DNA of 64,000 bases from Candidatus Microgenomates bacterium. Its GTDB lineage: Bacteria; Patescibacteriota; Microgenomatia; UBA8517. This document shows, piece by piece, positions 26,216-35,721 of the stretch. The stretch lies in assembly GCA_049523135.1 (NCBI GenBank), contig JBEKNE010000001.1, forward strand, positions 651,234 to 715,233. Direction: 5' to 3'. Each line of letters starts with the position of its first letter. The stretch's first letter is position 1. The position numbers and the translations under genes are program-made. A model generated the notes under the pieces. That model worked only from the letters and a program-made list of their open reading frames with translations, ran no database searches and had not been told where the DNA came from.

Positions 26216-28239
26216 TTTGGAGTTTCTTCTTTCTTGGGACTTCTCCAACTGGCCCATTTACAATCCGGATAACGGGAACAGCCAAAAAACTTTCTTCCTT
26301 TAGAAGTCTTTTTAACAATCACGTCACCGGTTTTACATTCGGGACATTTAACTCCAACTTTTTCCAAATATTTTTCCGTATATTTACAATCGGGAAAACG
26401 GGAACAGGAAATGAATTTTCCAAAACGTCCTGTACGGACTACCAGCTCCCCCTCCTTGCACTCCGGGCATTTTCTCCCCAACTTTTCAACTTCAATTTTG
26501 ACTCTCTTGGAATTCTTTTCAACCGAAGCCAATTTTTTCTCAAAAGGCCCATAAAATTCTTTAATCGGTTCTTCCCATTTCAAGTTACCGTTGGCAATAT
26601 CATCGAGTTCCCCTTCCATCTTGGCCGTAAATTCATATTCAAAAACCCCGGGAAAATTATCAATCAAAAAATCATTAACGGCAAAGCCGATACTCGTCGG
26701 GGTAAACTGCTTACTGTCATTTTTCTCAACATAATTTCTTATCTGAATAGTCGAAATTATCGGCGCATAAGTTGAAGGGCGCCCTATTCCCAATTTCTCC
26801 AAAGTTTTAATGAGAGAGGCTTCATTATATCTTGCGGGTGGTTGTGTGAATTTTTGTTCGCCCCATGTTTTAACTAAGTTTAGTTCTTCATCTGTCGAAA
26901 CTTCCGGTAAATTAACTGCCGCTTCGGCATCAAGCTTACTCTGTATAACTTTTCGCCATCCGTCAAAATTCATAATCTGACCGGAAGCTCTTAAAAGATA
27001 AACTCCCGCAGTGACATCAATTGTGGTTTCATCATAAACGGAAGACGTCATTTGACAGGCCACAAATCTTCTCCAAATTAAATCATAAAGTTTGGCAAAA
27101 TCCTGCTCTTCCAAATCTATTTGGCGATTACTCACATTGGTTGGTCTTATTGCTTCGTGCGCTTCCTGTGCAACTTTGGAAGTTGTTTTATAAAAGCGGG
27201 GCTTTTCCGGCAGGTATTTATCTCCGTATTCTTTTTTAATAAGGTCTCGGGCTTTTCCGACTGCCGCCGCATTTAAATTAAATGAATCGGTTCTGTGATA
27301 AGTAATTAGCCCTTCCTCATATAATTTTTGGGCAATCGACATTGTCTTTTTTGATGACCATCCAAAAATTCTAGCGCCGGCCTGTGTCATTGTTGAAGTT
27401 GTAAAAGGAGGATAAGGATTTTTTACAATTTGTCTTTTTCTGACATCCGCAACTTTATAATTTTCTTTTTCAAGTTCTGCTAAAATCTTATCCGACTCGG
27501 CTTTTGTTTTTATCTCAGCACTTTTATCACCAATCTTAATTAATTGGATAACAAATTGCGGATGGCGAGAGTGGAGGGAGTCCTGTTGAGTGCCCGCAGC
27601 ACTAGTCGAGGACGTTGAACGGGATGATGCCCCGACAGGACCCGCATTATCTGTCTTAACTTCCGAAAATATTTCCCAATATTCTTCAGCTTTAAACTTT
27701 CCAATTTCTCTTTCCTTTTCAACAATAAGCCGGACCGCAACGGATTGAACACGTCCCGCCGAAAGCCCTCTCCTTACCTTTTTCCAAAGAAGCGGAGAAA
27801 GTTTATAGCCCACAAGCCGGTCCAACACTCTACGTGCCGTTTGTGCATCAACAAGATTATTATCAATTCCCCTGGGATTTTTTAAAGCCTCTTCGACAGC
27901 TTCTTTAGTAATTTCATGGAAAGTAATTCTTTCAATTTTCTTTTTTCCGTCAATAATCTCTTTAACATGAGAGGCAATGGCTTCACCTTCGCGGTCAGGA
28001 TCGGAGGCAATATATGTAATCTTGGCTTTTTTACTTTTTGCAATTAAATCTTTAATGGTCTCCGCTCTTTTGGGGACTTCCACATACTCGGGCTTAAAAT
28101 TATGTTTTATATCAACTCCCAGTGTGCTTTTTGGCAAATCTTTAATGTGACCCATTGTCGCTTCCACTACATAACCCTTACCCAAAAACCGACCCAGTGT
28201 TTTTGCTTTTGTTGGTGACTCAACAATAATCAAATCCAT
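26212..28239 (-). CDS. topA: DNA topoisomerase I
   Basis: IVESPTKAKT, DPDREGEAI, SAGRVQS, ITYHRTDS, C-terminal zinc ribbons. Confidence 0.98.
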   Translation of the reverse strand: MDLIIVESPTKAKTLGRFLGKGYVVEATMGHIKDLPKSTLGVDIKHNFKPEYVEVPKRAETIKDLIAKSKKAKITYIASDPDREGEAIASHVKEIIDGKKKIERITFHEITKEAVEEALKNPRGIDNNLVDAQTARRVLDRLVGYKLSPLLWKKVRRGLSAGRVQSVAVRLIVEKEREIGKFKAEEYWEIFSEVKTDNAGPVGASSRSTSSTSAAGTQQDSLHSRHPQFVIQLIKIGDKSAEIKTKAESDKILAELEKENYKVADVRKRQIVKNPYPPFTTSTMTQAGARIFGWSSKKTMSIAQKLYEEGLITYHRTDSFNLNAAAVGKARDLIKKEYGDKYLPEKPRFYKTTSKVAQEAHEAIRPTNVSNRQIDLEEQDFAKLYDLIWRRFVACQMTSSVYDETTIDVTAGVYLLRASGQIMNFDGWRKVIQSKLDAEAAVNLPEVSTDEELNLVKTWGEQKFTQPPARYNEASLIKTLEKLGIGRPSTYAPIISTIQIRNYVEKNDSKQFTPTSIGFAVNDFLIDNFPGVFEYEFTAKMEGELDDIANGNLKWEEPIKEFYGPFEKKLASVEKNSKRVKIEVEKLGRKCPECKEGELVVRTGRFGKFISCSRFPDCKYTEKYLEKVGVKCPECKTGDVIVKKTSKGRKFFGCSRYPDCKWASWRSPKKEETPN
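27557..27646. repeat. 90-bp GC-rich palindromic element inserted in-frame in topA
   Basis: TGCGG/CCGCA, GTCCTGTTG/CGACAGGAC and AGTGC/GCACT nested stems; encodes AGPVGASSRSTSSTSAAGTQQDSLHSRHP. Confidence 0.65.
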
Positions 28240-28243
28240 ATTT

Positions 28244-28379
28244 TTAATTCTTTTTGTAAATACTGCCTCCGATATTTTTTATAATACCTTTCATTTCCAT
28301 GATTGTCAGTCTAGCAGAAATCTCAGAGTTTTTGCTACCGAGTTTGTTTTTAGTGATTGAAGCGCTCCTTTTCGCTCAT
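28244..28379 (-). pseudogene. dprA: Internally deleted dprA (smf) remnant
   Basis: ATG overlaps the PBP2 stop (MSEKERFNH*). A second frame reads KNKLGSKNSEISARLTIMEMKGIIKNIGGSIYKKN*, like the DprA winged-helix tail, immediately upstream of topA. Confidence 0.65.
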
Positions 28380-30013
28380 TGTGATGCAAAGTAATAATCG
28401 GCAATTTTTCTGGCGATAGGACCCGCAATTAAAGAACCTTCCCCGCCTCTTTCAACCAAAACGGTTGTCACTATTTGTGAGTTGTCGGCCGGTGCGTAAA
28501 AAGTAAACCAAGCATGGGGAATTCCGTCTTCACTAACCTCAGCCGTTCCCGTTTTACAAGCCACAGTTAGACCCCCGTGTTTTGCGCTGAAATCAAAAAA
28601 AGTAAAAGCAGTTCCACCGGTTGCACAAACCCCTTCCATCCCCTGTTTCACCAAATCCAAATTATTCTGGGAAACACCGACATTTCGGCAATTGGCGGGA
28701 CTATTCAGATTAAATCTTGGCTGGCAAAGTTTTCCACCAATGGAGATTGCGGATATGTAGGTATTTAGTTCAATCGGAGTCACCGCAACGTCTCCCTGAC
28801 CGATGGACATATTGTAAGTATCGCCCAAAAACCAAGACTCCTTTTTGGTAGCTTCTTTCCACTCGGGATTCGGAATTAGGCCTTGAGTTTCACCCGGAAT
28901 ATCAATACCTGTTTTTTTGTTCAACCCAAAAATCCCTGCCCATTTAGCTATTGGGTCCGGCCCAACCATTTGCCCGATTGTGTAGAAAAAAGTATCTGTA
29001 GAACGGGCAATTGCTTTTACAAGACCAATGGGTCCCTCCGTTCTTCCATATTCAGTAAAGTACCAATTTCTGTAAGAATAATTATTTACAGTAATTATTC
29101 CCTTATCATCAAAAATAAAATTTTTATCAATTACACCTTCCTCGAGCGCCGCAATTGCAACAATCGGTTTAAAAACCGAACCCGGGTGAAAAGTTCCGCT
29201 TATAACCCTATCAAAAAAAGGCAAATTCGGATTATTAAGTAAACTGCTTATTTCCTGGCTGTTTCCTTTATTTATAAAAATATTCGGGTCAAAAGAAGGG
29301 TAGGAATAAAATGCCAAAATTTGACCGGTTGTATCTGTCACAATTGCCGCACCTTTAACGCCCTGCATGGCATTCATATCGTTTGCAACTTCTATTTGAA
29401 GATTGTAATCAATTGTTGTTTTTAAATCTTGCCCGGGAATTGGGTCGCGTCTTCCGAGAACCCGAACTTCTTGGCCTGCGGCATTGACTTCAATAAGTTC
29501 TTCACCTGGAGTTCCGGAAAGAAGACATTCATACTCCTGCTCCAAACCCGTTTTACCAACTAAAGCATCTGACGGAACGGGACCTTTTTCGGGACATTCC
29601 GGATTAATTTTGCCTACCTGATCGGCCCCGGCCTGTGCCAAATATCCTAGACCTTGAGAAAACTTATCTCCCAACGGATAAATTCTTTTGTAATCGGTTA
29701 CAATTTGATCCTGTGTAGTATTTGTCAGGTCGTCGGAAAGGGTAAAACCGTTTTGCGTCGAAAATTGAATGCTTTTTTTAATCTCCACATTCCCCGCCAG
29801 TTCTTCCCCGCCTCTTGCCAAAATCCTGCCGCGCGGGGCAGGAAGAGCCACATGCCGAATCCTATTTTCTTCCGAAAGAAATTGATAATATACTCCTCTT
29901 ATTAACTGTGTATCGATTAGTTTTGCAAAAAGAATCAAAAACAAAAATACAAGAAGTCCTCTTAAAAACCAGGAAAGCCAAGATTGACTATCATTCGAAG
30001 ATAAAGAATTCAT
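28376..30013 (-). CDS. mrdA: Penicillin-binding protein 2 (class B)
   Basis: N-terminal TM, APRGRI, GKTGLEQEYE, PGSVFK (SxxK), STD, KTGT, HAWF. Confidence 0.9.
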   Translation of the reverse strand: MNSLSSNDSQSWLSWFLRGLLVFLFLILFAKLIDTQLIRGVYYQFLSEENRIRHVALPAPRGRILARGGEELAGNVEIKKSIQFSTQNGFTLSDDLTNTTQDQIVTDYKRIYPLGDKFSQGLGYLAQAGADQVGKINPECPEKGPVPSDALVGKTGLEQEYECLLSGTPGEELIEVNAAGQEVRVLGRRDPIPGQDLKTTIDYNLQIEVANDMNAMQGVKGAAIVTDTTGQILAFYSYPSFDPNIFINKGNSQEISSLLNNPNLPFFDRVISGTFHPGSVFKPIVAIAALEEGVIDKNFIFDDKGIITVNNYSYRNWYFTEYGRTEGPIGLVKAIARSTDTFFYTIGQMVGPDPIAKWAGIFGLNKKTGIDIPGETQGLIPNPEWKEATKKESWFLGDTYNMSIGQGDVAVTPIELNTYISAISIGGKLCQPRFNLNSPANCRNVGVSQNNLDLVKQGMEGVCATGGTAFTFFDFSAKHGGLTVACKTGTAEVSEDGIPHAWFTFYAPADNSQIVTTVLVERGGEGSLIAGPIARKIADYYFASQ

Positions 30014-30017
30014 AAAA

Positions 30018-30052
30018 CAATTATCAATTACCGATTACCAATTTACAAATAC
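30018..30052. repeat. Heptamer tandem repeat filling the mreB-mrdA gap
   Basis: CAATTAT CAATTAC CGATTAC CAATTTA CAAATAC. Confidence 0.6.
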
Positions 30053-31120
30053 CTAAAGTTCTTTCGTCACCCTCATTCTTTTTAAAATACCGATATCTTC
30101 CAGACAAGCCCCACAACCCCTGACAACACAAGTTAAGGGATCTTCAGCGATTATAACCGGCATTTTAGTCGCCTCGGAGATTACTTTATCAATTCCCGAA
30201 ATAAGAGATCCGCCGCCCGCAAGTGTAATTCCGCGGTCCATAATATCTCCCGTCAGTTCCGGCGGAGTTTCTTCCAATGTATCAACTATATTTCCAACTA
30301 TTTCCTGAATAATCGGGCTTAGTGCCTCCCGGATTTCACTACCCGTTAATTTGATTGACTTAGGAAGTCCCGTCTCAAGGTCCCGCCCTCTTACAACCGC
30401 AAACTTGTCATTCTTTCCTACGGCAATTTTACCAGCAGAACCAATACTAATTTTTACCGCTTCCGCCGTCGGCTGACCCAGAAGAAGCGAGTATTTGAGC
30501 CTGACATAATTTATTATTGCTTCATCCATTTCATCTCCCGCAATCCGAACGCTTCGCCCTAAAACTATTCCGCCGAGAGAAATTACAGCCATTTCGCTGG
30601 TTCCTCCTCCGATATCCACAATAAAATTTCCTTCAGGTCCCTCTACCGGAAGACCTGCCCCAATCGCCGCGGCCATAGGTTCTTCAATCAGGTTTGCTTC
30701 CCTTGCTCCGGCATCAAGCGCCGCATCGGCAACAGCTCTTCTTTCAACTTCTGTTACGCCTGAAGGAATTCCGATAACAACTTTCGGCCTCGGTATTTTT
30801 GGTATTGTACTTCCCGATTCATGAACTTTTTTAATATAGTAAGAAAGCATTGCCGCAGTAGCATCAAAATCCGCAATAACTCCGTCGCGAAGGGGACGAA
30901 TTACCTCAATTGTTCCGGGAGCTCTTCCCATCATTTTTTTCGCGGATGCCCCGATTGCCAAAACTTCTTTGGATTTTTTGTGTCTGGCCACAGCCGAAGG
31001 TTCGCGGATTACAATTCCTTTGCCTTTTACATAAATTAATGTGTTGGCGGTTCCCAAATCTATTCCGATATCATGAGAGAAAATACCAAAGAACCTGTCA
31101 ATTGGATTAATTATTTTCAT
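30053..31120 (-). CDS. mreB: Rod shape-determining actin MreB
   Basis: IGIDLGTANT, RPLRDGVIADF, EEPMAAAIGAG, VDIGGGTSE. Confidence 0.97.
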   Translation of the reverse strand: MKIINPIDRFFGIFSHDIGIDLGTANTLIYVKGKGIVIREPSAVARHKKSKEVLAIGASAKKMMGRAPGTIEVIRPLRDGVIADFDATAAMLSYYIKKVHESGSTIPKIPRPKVVIGIPSGVTEVERRAVADAALDAGAREANLIEEPMAAAIGAGLPVEGPEGNFIVDIGGGTSEMAVISLGGIVLGRSVRIAGDEMDEAIINYVRLKYSLLLGQPTAEAVKISIGSAGKIAVGKNDKFAVVRGRDLETGLPKSIKLTGSEIREALSPIIQEIVGNIVDTLEETPPELTGDIMDRGITLAGGGSLISGIDKVISEATKMPVIIAEDPLTCVVRGCGACLEDIGILKRMRVTKEL

Positions 31121-31214
31121 AAAATACCTTTAAAATGCCTCGCAAAGCAGTATACCTATTTGCCAAAAACTTGCAAAGGGTTTTTGAAGAAAAGTTTGTG
31201 TTACAATTTGATTT

Positions 31215-33245
31215 GTGAAGACTCTTCAAAAAATTATCTTTTGGCTTTTTGCAATTCTTCTTTTTTTTGTTCCTTTAATTCTTTGGCCATTTACTTCGGA
31301 AGTTTTTGAATTTAACAAAATGGTTCTTGTATATATTTTAACCACGCTGATCACTTGCACATGGATTGTACGAATGGTTTCCGAAAAGAAATTTATATTC
31401 CGTCGCACAATATTGGATATTCCCCTTCTTGTTTTTATCGGTTCACAGGTGATATCCACCATTATTTCTATTGACCCCCTAACTTCCCTCCTCGGATATT
31501 ATTCCAGATTTAACGGAGGTCTTGTCTCGGTAATTTGCTATGCAGTCCTCTACTGGGCATTTGTAAGCAATATTGACCCAAAAAGATCTTTAAAACTAAT
31601 TTACATTACCCTGATTTCAGCCGCACTGGTTTCAATTTACGCAGTTTTAGAACATTTTGGAATTGATAAAAACGTCTGGCAGCAGGATGTTCAATCAAGA
31701 GTGTTCTCCACTCTTGGGCAACCGAACTGGCTTGCGGCTTGGGTTATTGCTTTAACTCCAATTACTTGGGTATTTATCCTGAAATCAAAAATTAAATCCC
31801 TAAGTTTCTGGCTATACTACGGCCTATCAATTCTTTTTTTCTGGACTCTTATATTTACAAAATCACGCTCGGGATATTTGGGTTTTGCCGGAGCATCTGT
31901 AATTTTTTGGGCACTGACAGCCTGGCAAAAGAAAAGTGAAATTAAAAAATTAATTATTCCTTTCATTCTTGTCGGCATCAGCATTTTTGCCGTCTGTCTA
32001 ATTAGCGGAACCGAATGGACACCAAGTTTGCATGACTTAGTCAATAAATCGGCAAATACTCAAACTCAAGCTATAGACACCGGAGAAACGGCTCTTGAAA
32101 CGGGAGGAACCGAATCCGGAACAATAAGGGAAATTGTTTGGAAGGGTGCAATACAAATTTGGGAACATTACCCCGTTTTCGGCACGGGAGTTGAAACTTT
32201 TGCCTACTCCTACTATTTATACCGTCCCGTAGAACACAACTTAACGAGCGAGTGGGACTTCATATACAACAAGGCTCACAATGAGTATCTGAATTTTGCG
32301 GCCAATAGCGGAACTGTAGGAATATTATCCTATTTGGTATTAATTGGATTCGCTGTATTTTCTTTCTTCAAATACAAAGAGGACAATCCGGATTTCAGTT
32401 TTGCACTTCTTGCCGGTTTTGCCAGTCTTCTTATCACCAACTTTTTCGGTTTCTCGGTAGTTCCGACACAACTTGAACTTTTCATCTTCCCTGCTTTCAT
32501 ATTTGCGTTATCTAAAAACGAGGAAAAAATAAAAAATTCGGAAGAGCTGGGCAGCAATCAGAAAATAATTATCTTCATTATTGTCGCTACCGCTACCTAT
32601 CTTGTATTTCTTACCTGCCACTACTGGTATGCGGATACTCTTTATGCCAAAGGCGAAAGCTATAACACTATTGGCAAACCCGATGTCGCCACAGAGTATT
32701 TAACCCAGGCAATAAAGCAGGAACCAAATCAACCCCTCTTCTATGGCGATTCAAATGGTTTGGCGATGTCCTATACAAACCTTGCACTTGCCTTTAACCA
32801 GCAAAAAGAAGCAATGGAGGCGGCAGAACTTTCAAACGCAGCAATTGCGGAAATCAGCAGAGCCGTAAGTCTCTCACCCGCAAACGTTAACTTCAAAAGA
32901 GTTGAATTTGGAATTTATGTAATGCTTTCTGCCATTAATCCAAACTATTTAATTGACGCCAGAGATACACTCTTAGCCGCAATCGAGCAGGCTCCAACCG
33001 ACGCCAAACTTTATTACAATTTGGGTTTAATCTACGCACGTACAGGACAAACCGACCTGGCAATTCAAACACTGGCAAAAACAGTTGAACTGAAAGCAAA
33101 TTACAAAGAAGCACGGCTCGCTTATGCAATTCTTTTAATTGGCAATAAACAAAACACCGAAGCAAAAACTCAACTTGAATACATCCTGACAAATATCGAC
33201 CCTAACGATTCCCTCACCAAGCAAACACTTGCAAGTATCAAATAA
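31215..33245 (+). CDS. O-antigen ligase/Wzy_C-family membrane protein with C-terminal TPRs
   Basis: Multiple TMs, RVFSTLGQPNWLA, TKSRSG, GTGVETF, KAHNEYL, YYNLGLIY TPR. Confidence 0.88.
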   Translation: MKTLQKIIFWLFAILLFFVPLILWPFTSEVFEFNKMVLVYILTTLITCTWIVRMVSEKKFIFRRTILDIPLLVFIGSQVISTIISIDPLTSLLGYYSRFNGGLVSVICYAVLYWAFVSNIDPKRSLKLIYITLISAALVSIYAVLEHFGIDKNVWQQDVQSRVFSTLGQPNWLAAWVIALTPITWVFILKSKIKSLSFWLYYGLSILFFWTLIFTKSRSGYLGFAGASVIFWALTAWQKKSEIKKLIIPFILVGISIFAVCLISGTEWTPSLHDLVNKSANTQTQAIDTGETALETGGTESGTIREIVWKGAIQIWEHYPVFGTGVETFAYSYYLYRPVEHNLTSEWDFIYNKAHNEYLNFAANSGTVGILSYLVLIGFAVFSFFKYKEDNPDFSFALLAGFASLLITNFFGFSVVPTQLELFIFPAFIFALSKNEEKIKNSEELGSNQKIIIFIIVATATYLVFLTCHYWYADTLYAKGESYNTIGKPDVATEYLTQAIKQEPNQPLFYGDSNGLAMSYTNLALAFNQQKEAMEAAELSNAAIAEISRAVSLSPANVNFKRVEFGIYVMLSAINPNYLIDARDTLLAAIEQAPTDAKLYYNLGLIYARTGQTDLAIQTLAKTVELKANYKEARLAYAILLIGNKQNTEAKTQLEYILTNIDPNDSLTKQTLASIK

Positions 33246-33310
33246 CCCCATAATTTCTAGTTTGTAGTATTCTTGACAACCCGGATAAATACCAATAGAA
33301 TTCGGTTGAA

Positions 33311-34006
33311 ATGGAAAATGAAAGACCCTTAGAAGCGGCAAGAGAAAGAATCGATATAAGAAAGAGGGAAGAAACTCAACCTACAAAAATTGAGGATACA
33401 GAGGTTATATTACCTGAATTTGAAAATCTTCCGATTGTAATTTTTGCTGAAGAGAATTCCATAAACAGAGTTCCAACTCACATTAAGGATCTTCTCGGAG
33501 ATATACAGGAAACCATTGAAGAGCGTGAGGGAATAAGCTTCAACGCCAAGCATGAATACAACTTCTTAACTCCTGATCCTAAAAAAGTACTTAGACTTTT
33601 GGATGCTGGAAAAGATCCTATTACGTCGATTAAATTTTCTTTTGAAGCAACAATCATCGAAAAAGGTCTTGTACATGAAAGAATTGTTTTCGGACCCAAA
33701 AGCCCGATAGAACAAAAAAATCCTGATATTATTTACAAGATATTCTTCGCTATGACTTATAACCATAAAGATAAAACCATCGAATGGATAATGGGCGATA
33801 TCGATGGTCCCGAATTTAAAGAAGAACCAGAAAATAAGGATAATGTCTATCGGCTCACAGCGCATGATCCGTATGTAAAAGGTTCCATAAAATATTCTGA
33901 AGAAAACATACCCGCTCTTGCTGAAGATTTAGTCACCCAAATTGATTCAGGAAGATATAAATACCAAGTCAGAGAATTCCCCACTATCCAGCTCCAAAAG
34001 GACTAA
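33311..34006 (+). CDS. Hypothetical protein
   Basis: 231-aa acidic soluble ORF preceded by TTGACA and TAGAAT promoter-like boxes. Confidence 0.75.
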   Translation: MENERPLEAARERIDIRKREETQPTKIEDTEVILPEFENLPIVIFAEENSINRVPTHIKDLLGDIQETIEEREGISFNAKHEYNFLTPDPKKVLRLLDAGKDPITSIKFSFEATIIEKGLVHERIVFGPKSPIEQKNPDIIYKIFFAMTYNHKDKTIEWIMGDIDGPEFKEEPENKDNVYRLTAHDPYVKGSIKYSEENIPALAEDLVTQIDSGRYKYQVREFPTIQLQKD

Positions 34007-34034
34007 AAGCCCTATTTTCTGGTATAATTGAGCT

Positions 34035-34574
34035 ATGATCCGAAAGATTTTACTATCAAACGACCCGGTCTTGCGTCGGAAATCAAAGCCGGTTGCCAAA
34101 ATCGATAAAAAAATATCAGCCCTGGTCAAAGATTTAAAAGACACTCTTAGTGTCCAAAAGGATCCTGAAGGAGTAGGTCTTGCTGCTCCCCAAATCGGCA
34201 AAAACCTGAGAGTCTTTGTTGCCAATTACAAAGGTTTTGAAAGGGTTGTGATAAACCCCGAAATAATCAAAATTGAGAAAAGAAATAAAGATTCCAAACC
34301 CGTTAAAACTTCCAAAAACAAAGAAATTCTGGAAGGCTGTCTTTCACTTCCCTACTATTACGGACCGTTAAAAAGAGCCCCAAAAATTACGGTCAAATAT
34401 CTCAACGAAAACGGAAAAGAGGTTACTGAAACCCTTGAAGGATTTAATGCTCAAATAATTATGCATGAAATCGATCATCTTGAAGGAGTTCTTTTTATCG
34501 ACCATATTATCAAAGAGAAAAAACCTTTATATAGGGTTGAGGGAGATGAATGGGAGGAGGTTGAGCTTGTATGA
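34035..34574 (+). CDS. def: Peptide deformylase
   Basis: GVGLAAPQIG, EGCLS, HEIDHLEG. Confidence 0.97.
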   Translation: MIRKILLSNDPVLRRKSKPVAKIDKKISALVKDLKDTLSVQKDPEGVGLAAPQIGKNLRVFVANYKGFERVVINPEIIKIEKRNKDSKPVKTSKNKEILEGCLSLPYYYGPLKRAPKITVKYLNENGKEVTETLEGFNAQIIMHEIDHLEGVLFIDHIIKEKKPLYRVEGDEWEEVELV

Positions 34575-35443
34575 AGATAGTATTTTTTGGAACACCAGAT
34601 TACGTTATGCCGATTCTCACTTCCCTGCATAAAAAATTCGTAACCGGACCGGGAAAGTCTCCGATCATTGCTGTTGTGACACAACCCCCAAGACCGGTCG
34701 GCAGAAAACAGATTCCTGCATATTCTCCCGTTGATAAATGGGCACACGCTCGAAAAATTCCGATTTACTACTCCGCAAACGATTTAATTGATAACCCTAC
34801 GGAGGCGGTTTTGGGAATTTTGGCTTCTTACGGAGAAATTATTAAAGAGGATGTTATCGATTTGTTTCCCCAAGGAATTTTGGTAATTCACCCATCTCTT
34901 CTGCCAAAATACAGAGGCGCTTCCCCGGTTCCTGAAGCGATAAAAAACGGCGACGAAACTACGGGGGTCACAATATTCAAAATGGACAAAAAAATGGATC
35001 ATGGTCCGATTATTTCCCAATTTAAAGAAGAAATTTTACCCGGGGATACCGGGGAAACTCTGAGAGCCAGACTTTTTGAAAAATCGGCTGGTGTCCTTAC
35101 CGAATTAATAGGACCTTATATCCAAAGTAAAATTAAGCCAAAAATCCAAGATGAATCTTTAGCGACTTATACAAAAATTATTACAAAAGAGGATGGTTTT
35201 ATTGACCTTAATAAAAAATCGACGGATGAAGCCGACAGATTTATTCGCGCTATGCAGCCTTGGCCCTGTGCCTGGACCCGGATTCGAGTTTCGGAAGAAA
35301 ATAAAAGGCTGAAAATACTAAAGGCACACCTCGAAGAAAACAAATTAATCTTGGATGAAGTACAACTTGAAGGCAAGCTCCCAACCACTTGGAAACAATT
35401 TAAAGAAGGCTATAAAGATGCAACTTTTGAAACGGGACGTTGA
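34571..35443 (+). CDS. fmt: Methionyl-tRNA formyltransferase
   Basis: VFFGTPD, VVTQPPRPVGR, HPSLLPKYRGASP, MDHGPI. Confidence 0.95.
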   Translation: MKIVFFGTPDYVMPILTSLHKKFVTGPGKSPIIAVVTQPPRPVGRKQIPAYSPVDKWAHARKIPIYYSANDLIDNPTEAVLGILASYGEIIKEDVIDLFPQGILVIHPSLLPKYRGASPVPEAIKNGDETTGVTIFKMDKKMDHGPIISQFKEEILPGDTGETLRARLFEKSAGVLTELIGPYIQSKIKPKIQDESLATYTKIITKEDGFIDLNKKSTDEADRFIRAMQPWPCAWTRIRVSEENKRLKILKAHLEENKLILDEVQLEGKLPTTWKQFKEGYKDATFETGR

Positions 35444-35673
35444 AACTTTTTAATTTTTCCTTCTTTCTTAAATCTGGAAATACAGCTAGTGCAAAGCCTC
35501 ATTTGGCTAGTTTTACCATTAACCATTACGGCAATTTTTTGAAGATTCGGTTTGAAAGTTCTGGGTGTTTTCTGGGCTCTTTTCTTCCAACGTTTACCGG
35601 CAACACCTCTTCCGTGGGTGCTTTGTCGGCCGTGAACTATTCCTTTTCCGCAATTATCGCAAATGTATGACAT
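35410..35673 (-). CDS. rpmB: 50S ribosomal protein L28
   Basis: CDNCGK, TPRTFKPNLQ, RLCTSC. Confidence 0.93.
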   Translation of the reverse strand: MSYICDNCGKGIVHGRQSTHGRGVAGKRWKKRAQKTPRTFKPNLQKIAVMVNGKTSQMRLCTSCISRFKKEGKIKKFQRPVSKVASL

Positions 35674-35721
35674 AGTGTTTTAAACTGTGGTAGATTATAC
35701 TATTAACTACCCTCAATCGCA

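Noticed and set aside
28244-28378. TGA readthrough or genetic code 25 extending PBP2 by 44 codons
   Set aside because: TGA terminates several well-conserved genes at the expected place (queA, nusG, proS) and tRNA-Trp is CCA; the tail is better explained as a dprA remnant.
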